Shown here: positions 60,077 to 64,000 of the stretch, one piece after another
Layout: every line of letters begins with the position of its first letter
How positions within the stretch are numbered: position 1 is the stretch's first letter
Origin: Acidobacteriota bacterium
GTDB taxonomy: Bacteria; Acidobacteriota; UBA890; WLXD01
NCBI GenBank assembly: GCA_963666055.2
Contig: CAXWPH010000010.1
Location: 112,522-176,521 of the forward strand
Direction: 5' to 3'
DNA length: 64,000 bases
Notes under the pieces: generated by a model
Databases searched by the model: none
What the model saw: only the letters and a program-made list of their open reading frames with translations
Told to the model about the DNA's origin: nothing
Made by a program: the position numbers and the translations under genes

Positions 60077-60769
60077 ATGAGCGAGCCGCTGATCAAGATG
60101 GAGGAGATCACCAAGGTCTTCGTAACCGAGGAAGTTGAGACGCACGCCTTGTCGGAGGTCTCGTTCGACTTCGCACCTGGCGAGTTTGTGTCGATCGCCG
60201 GTCCGTCCGGCTCTGGCAAGACGACGCTGCTTTCCATCCTCGGGCTGCTCGACACGCCCACCGGTGGCAGCTACCTGCTCAACGCCAACGACGCCTCCAA
60301 CCTCACCGCCTCCGAGCGCGCCCGAGTGCGCAACCGTGAGATCGGCTTTATTTTCCAGAGCTTCAACCTCATCGGCGACCTCAACGTGTACGAGAACGTC
60401 GAGCTACCGCTCACCTACCGCGGCATGGCCTCTGCGGAGCGTCGCGAGCGCACCAACGCCTCGCTCGACCGGGTCGGCATGACGCATCGCGCCAAGCACA
60501 TGCCCAGCCAGCTTTCCGGTGGTCAGCAGCAGCGCGTCGCCGTGGCTCGTGCCGTCGTTGGTGATCCTTCCATTCTGCTGGCCGATGAGCCCACCGGTAA
60601 CCTCGACTCTGGCAACGCCGCCGCCGTCATGGACCTGATGGCCGAGCTCCATCAGGGCGGCGCCACTATCTGCATGGTCACCCACGACCCCCGGTGGTCC
60701 GAGCACGCCCAGCGCACCATCCACCTGTTCGACGGCATGGTCGTTGACGAGCAGGTCGCCGTCGTCTGA
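60077..60769 (+). CDS. ABC transporter ATP-binding protein (MacB/LolD-like)
   Basis: GPSGSGKT, LSGGQQQR, ADEPTGNLD, VTHD. Confidence 0.96.
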   Translation: MSEPLIKMEEITKVFVTEEVETHALSEVSFDFAPGEFVSIAGPSGSGKTTLLSILGLLDTPTGGSYLLNANDASNLTASERARVRNREIGFIFQSFNLIGDLNVYENVELPLTYRGMASAERRERTNASLDRVGMTHRAKHMPSQLSGGQQQRVAVARAVVGDPSILLADEPTGNLDSGNAAAVMDLMAELHQGGATICMVTHDPRWSEHAQRTIHLFDGMVVDEQVAVV

Positions 60770-60907
60770 CCGCAGACGAAACATCCATATCTCTTCCAGC
60801 CCGGCGTCGATACCATGGCTAGTTGTGTGCCCAAGTCCCCTGCCGATACCCGATCGTCGATGTTGCCCGCCGCCCACCCCTTACCGGCTGGCCGCTTTGA
60901 TAGCCCG

Positions 60908-62278
60908 ATGAGCAGCGATCAGGCGCGTCCGTCACGCATCCTCGTGGCGGACGATCAGAAGGATGTGCTCGAGGCACTCCGATTGCTCCTGAAAGGGGAG
61001 GGCTTCGAAGTCGAGACCGTGACCTCTCCGGCAAGATTGACAGCGGCCGTCGAGCGCCAGCAGTTCGACGCCGTGGTCATGGACTTGAACTACACGCGCG
61101 ACACGACGTCGGGTCGCGAGGGGCTCGACCTGTTGCCGCGATTGAGGCAAATCGACGCCGGTCTGCCAGTAATCGTCATGACCGCATGGGGCACGGTGGA
61201 GGGCGCGGTGGAGGCGATGGCACAGGGAGCGCGCGACTACGTGGAGAAGCCCTGGGACAACGCGCGGCTGATCGCCACACTCAGGACACAGGTCGAGCTG
61301 GGTCAAGCGATTCGTCGCAGTCAGCGGCTCGAGCACGAGAACCGGCTACTTCGACGCGAGGGGTTGCCCGAGCTGATCGCCGAATCGCGCGTCATGCTGC
61401 CGATCCTCGAGCTCATGGAACGGGTAGCACCGTCCGACGCCAACGTTTTGATAAGCGGCGAGCACGGCACAGGCAAGGAAGTGGTCGCACGCTGGATTCA
61501 TGCCGCCTCCAATCGTGCCTCCAGCCCTCTGGTCACGGTGGATGTAGGCGCCATCTCGGATGGAGTCTTCGAGAGCGAGCTGTTCGGCCACCTCAAAGGC
61601 TCGTTCACCGATGCGCGCGACGACCGCGTCGGCTATTTCGAGCTCGCCGACCGTGGCACGTTGTTCCTGGATGAGATCGCCAACATTCCGACGAGGCAGC
61701 AGGCCAAGTTCCTTCGCGTGTTGGAGACCGGCGAGCTGCAACGCGTCGGTTCGTCGCGCACGCAGCGAGTGGATGCCCGGGTGCTGTCGGCGACGAACGT
61801 CGAGCTATCGAAGGAAATCGACGCCGGCAATTTTCGAGAAGATTTGCTGTACCGGCTGAATACCGTCGAGATCAGCCTCCCTCCTCTCCGTGAGCGACGT
61901 GAGGACATCCCGCTACTGGCGGCTTATTTTCTGCAGCGGCACGCGCGCAAGTACCGCCGTGAGATCAGCGGCTTCGAGCGAGACGGCATGCAGACACTGC
62001 TGACCCACCCGTGGCCAGGCAACGTGCGCGAGCTCCAGCACGTCATCGAGCGCGCCGTCTTGATGGCACCCAGCAATAGCATCCGACGCGAGGACCTCGG
62101 CTTGCGCGCCAAGCGCGATTCGGGCTCAAGGCTCGAGGACCTGTCACTGGAAGAGGCTGAGCGAACCTTGATTCAGGTGGCCTTGACGCGCAACGATGGC
62201 AACGTCAGCCGCGCTGCCGAGAGCCTCGGTCTCAGTCGCAGCGCCCTCTATCGCCGACTCAACCGCTACGGCTTATGA
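60908..62278 (+). CDS. Sigma54-dependent response regulator (NtrC family)
   Basis: Receiver (ADD, MD, KPW), GEHGTGKE, ESELFGH, GSFTDA, WPGNVREL, Fis HTH. Confidence 0.95.
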   Translation: MSSDQARPSRILVADDQKDVLEALRLLLKGEGFEVETVTSPARLTAAVERQQFDAVVMDLNYTRDTTSGREGLDLLPRLRQIDAGLPVIVMTAWGTVEGAVEAMAQGARDYVEKPWDNARLIATLRTQVELGQAIRRSQRLEHENRLLRREGLPELIAESRVMLPILELMERVAPSDANVLISGEHGTGKEVVARWIHAASNRASSPLVTVDVGAISDGVFESELFGHLKGSFTDARDDRVGYFELADRGTLFLDEIANIPTRQQAKFLRVLETGELQRVGSSRTQRVDARVLSATNVELSKEIDAGNFREDLLYRLNTVEISLPPLRERREDIPLLAAYFLQRHARKYRREISGFERDGMQTLLTHPWPGNVRELQHVIERAVLMAPSNSIRREDLGLRAKRDSGSRLEDLSLEEAERTLIQVALTRNDGNVSRAAESLGLSRSALYRRLNRYGL

Positions 62279-63639
62279 ACCCGGAGCGACCTTGGTCGCT
62301 CAGCTTCGACCACCGCGTCTTGGCGTTGGCCATGGGCGCCGGCCTGCCGGCCTCCGTGGTGGCGCTCTGGCTGTTGTGGACTGGCGAGCACACCGCAAGA
62401 CTGCAGTGGACACTGTCGATGGTCGTCGTCGGCACGTGGCTGGGCTTTGCGCTGGCCCTACGTAGGCAGGTCGTTCGACCGCTTCAAACCCTATCCAACG
62501 TGCTCTCCGCCCTACGTGAAGGCGACTTCTCGATTCGCGCCCGCGAAACGCACATGGGCGAGGCCCTAGGCCTGGCGATGGGCGAGCTGAATCAGCTCGG
62601 TGAGATCCTGCGCCAACAGCGTCGCGGTGCCGTCGAAGCTACCGCGTTGCTCGGCAAGGTGATGGCGGAGATCGATGTCGCGGTGTTCGCTTTCGACGAG
62701 TCGGGCCACGTGCGACTCGTCAACCGCGGCGGTGAGCGGCTCCTCGACATGACGGCCCAACAGGTGATCGGGCGCGAGGCCGGCGATCTCGGATTGGCAG
62801 ACTGCGTTGCGGGTGCCGCTTCGCGCATCGTGGAGTTCTCCCTGCCGGGCAGCTCCGGACAATGGGAGCTCCGTCGTGGCACGTTCCGCCAGGGCGGACG
62901 CCCGCATCAGCTGGTGGTGCTCTCGGACCTCACTCGCACCCTGCGGGAACAGGAGCGTCAGGCGTGGCAGCGACTCGTGCAAGTTGTCCGCCACGAGATC
63001 AACAACTCGCTGGCCCCCATCAAGTCGATCGCCGAAAGCCTGCGCCTGCAGATGCGGCGCGAGCCGCTACCAGTCGACTGGCGCGATGATCTCAGCAACG
63101 GACTGCAGGTCATCGCCGAACGCTCTGGCGGGCTGGCGCGATTCATGTCGTCGTACGCCAGGCTTACGCAGCTGCCGCCGCCTCGGCTGCTGCCGTTTGA
63201 CGTACATACCTGGGTAGATCGTACGGTGGCGCTCGAGAACCGTCTGCCGGTGACCATCGAGGGCGGCCCGGACCTGCAGCTCGACGCCGACAGCGACCAA
63301 CTGGATCAGCTCCTGATCAACCTGTTGGCCAATGCCGTCGAGGCGGCGCTCGATACCGGAGGCGGGGTGCGCGTGCGATGGGCACGAGTGGACGGACGAG
63401 GCGAGCAACTCGAGTTGCTGGTGGAGGATGATGGGCCGGGGCTGCCGGAAACACAGCATCTGTTCGTGCCCTTCTTCACCACCAAGCCTCACGGCTCCGG
63501 GATCGGTCTGGTGCTCAGCCAACAGATCGCCGAGAACCATGGCGGCAGCCTGACGCTTGAGAACCGGGTTGCTGCGTCGGGGTGCTGGGCGCGCCTGCGA
63601 TTGCCACTCAAGTCGCAGAGTGAGTCGCCGAGCGGTTAG
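62275..63639 (+). CDS. Sensor histidine kinase (HAMP/PAS)
   Basis: 2 TM, HEINNSL, NLLANA, DDGPG, FFTTK, GSGIGL. Confidence 0.93.
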   Translation: MNPERPWSLSFDHRVLALAMGAGLPASVVALWLLWTGEHTARLQWTLSMVVVGTWLGFALALRRQVVRPLQTLSNVLSALREGDFSIRARETHMGEALGLAMGELNQLGEILRQQRRGAVEATALLGKVMAEIDVAVFAFDESGHVRLVNRGGERLLDMTAQQVIGREAGDLGLADCVAGAASRIVEFSLPGSSGQWELRRGTFRQGGRPHQLVVLSDLTRTLREQERQAWQRLVQVVRHEINNSLAPIKSIAESLRLQMRREPLPVDWRDDLSNGLQVIAERSGGLARFMSSYARLTQLPPPRLLPFDVHTWVDRTVALENRLPVTIEGGPDLQLDADSDQLDQLLINLLANAVEAALDTGGGVRVRWARVDGRGEQLELLVEDDGPGLPETQHLFVPFFTTKPHGSGIGLVLSQQIAENHGGSLTLENRVAASGCWARLRLPLKSQSESPSG

Positions 63640-64000
63640 CAGGCCGTGGGAATAACCCTCGGCACATCGGCAGACCGGTTGCGGCGACCCTTGGGCAGCA
63701 CCGAGCGAATGGCCGCCGGCCGCCATTCGGCGCACCCGAGCGGCACTCCCAGATAACGCGCAAGGATGAAACCGTGGTTCGGAAGCCCGCACCGGGGATC
63801 ATCTGCCGCCAGCACAATCGTCTCGCCGGCAAGGAAGATCGCCACCTCGTTGACGTCCAGCTCCACCAAGTTGCGGGTCGCATACAACCCGAAGTGCACC
63901 AACCCGACACTGGTCGGTTTCCATGTCCGCCCGCGTACGCGTAGCAGAGGAAAGCCTACGCCATCCACCGGATCGATGGCCCCCGGGTTGACGTCGAGCG
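63636..64000 (-). CDS. Hypothetical protein, 3' part (enters from window edge)
   Basis: Open frame to the edge with coding-like codon usage; ends within a MITE-terminus remnant. Confidence 0.45.
   Translation of the reverse strand, partial: LDVNPGAIDPVDGVGFPLLRVRGRTWKPTSVGLVHFGLYATRNLVELDVNEVAIFLAGETIVLAADDPRCGLPNHGFILARYLGVPLGCAEWRPAAIRSVLPKGRRNRSADVPRVIPTAC

Overview
GC-rich (~65%) bacterial chromosomal window, most consistent with Acidobacteriota: it carries a PadR + duplicated orphan MacB/FtsX permease pair and a bactofilin/methyltransferase pair. Most of it is ordinary metabolic and envelope content: a CoxSLM-like molybdoenzyme with an NCS1 transporter, neuC, an M16 peptidase pair, tkt-rpiB-pgi, a heterodimeric ABC exporter, mutM, rocD, several PLP enzymes, and a sigma54-controlled MFP/ABC/two-component operon. 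I saw no rRNA, tRNA, CRISPR array or transposase. The unusual content is concentrated at 23-27 kb and 42-50 kb. (1) Three dispersed paralogues of an uncharacterised ~115-aa protein family, each with its own candidate promoter (two sigma70-type, one sigma54-type); one sits behind a 22% GC island. (2) A SelW/Rdx selenoprotein (CxxU) with a clear SECIS, missed by the ORF track. (3) An M43 metzincin with an in-frame TGA exactly at a conserved Cys (Sec recoding or nonsense lesion). (4) Two histone-H1-like Lys-rich repeat proteins, one fused to a degenerate nucleotidyltransferase-like domain. (5) A CTAG-targeting MITE family whose internal stems covary between copies. All family assignments come from motif recognition by eye, not database searches.
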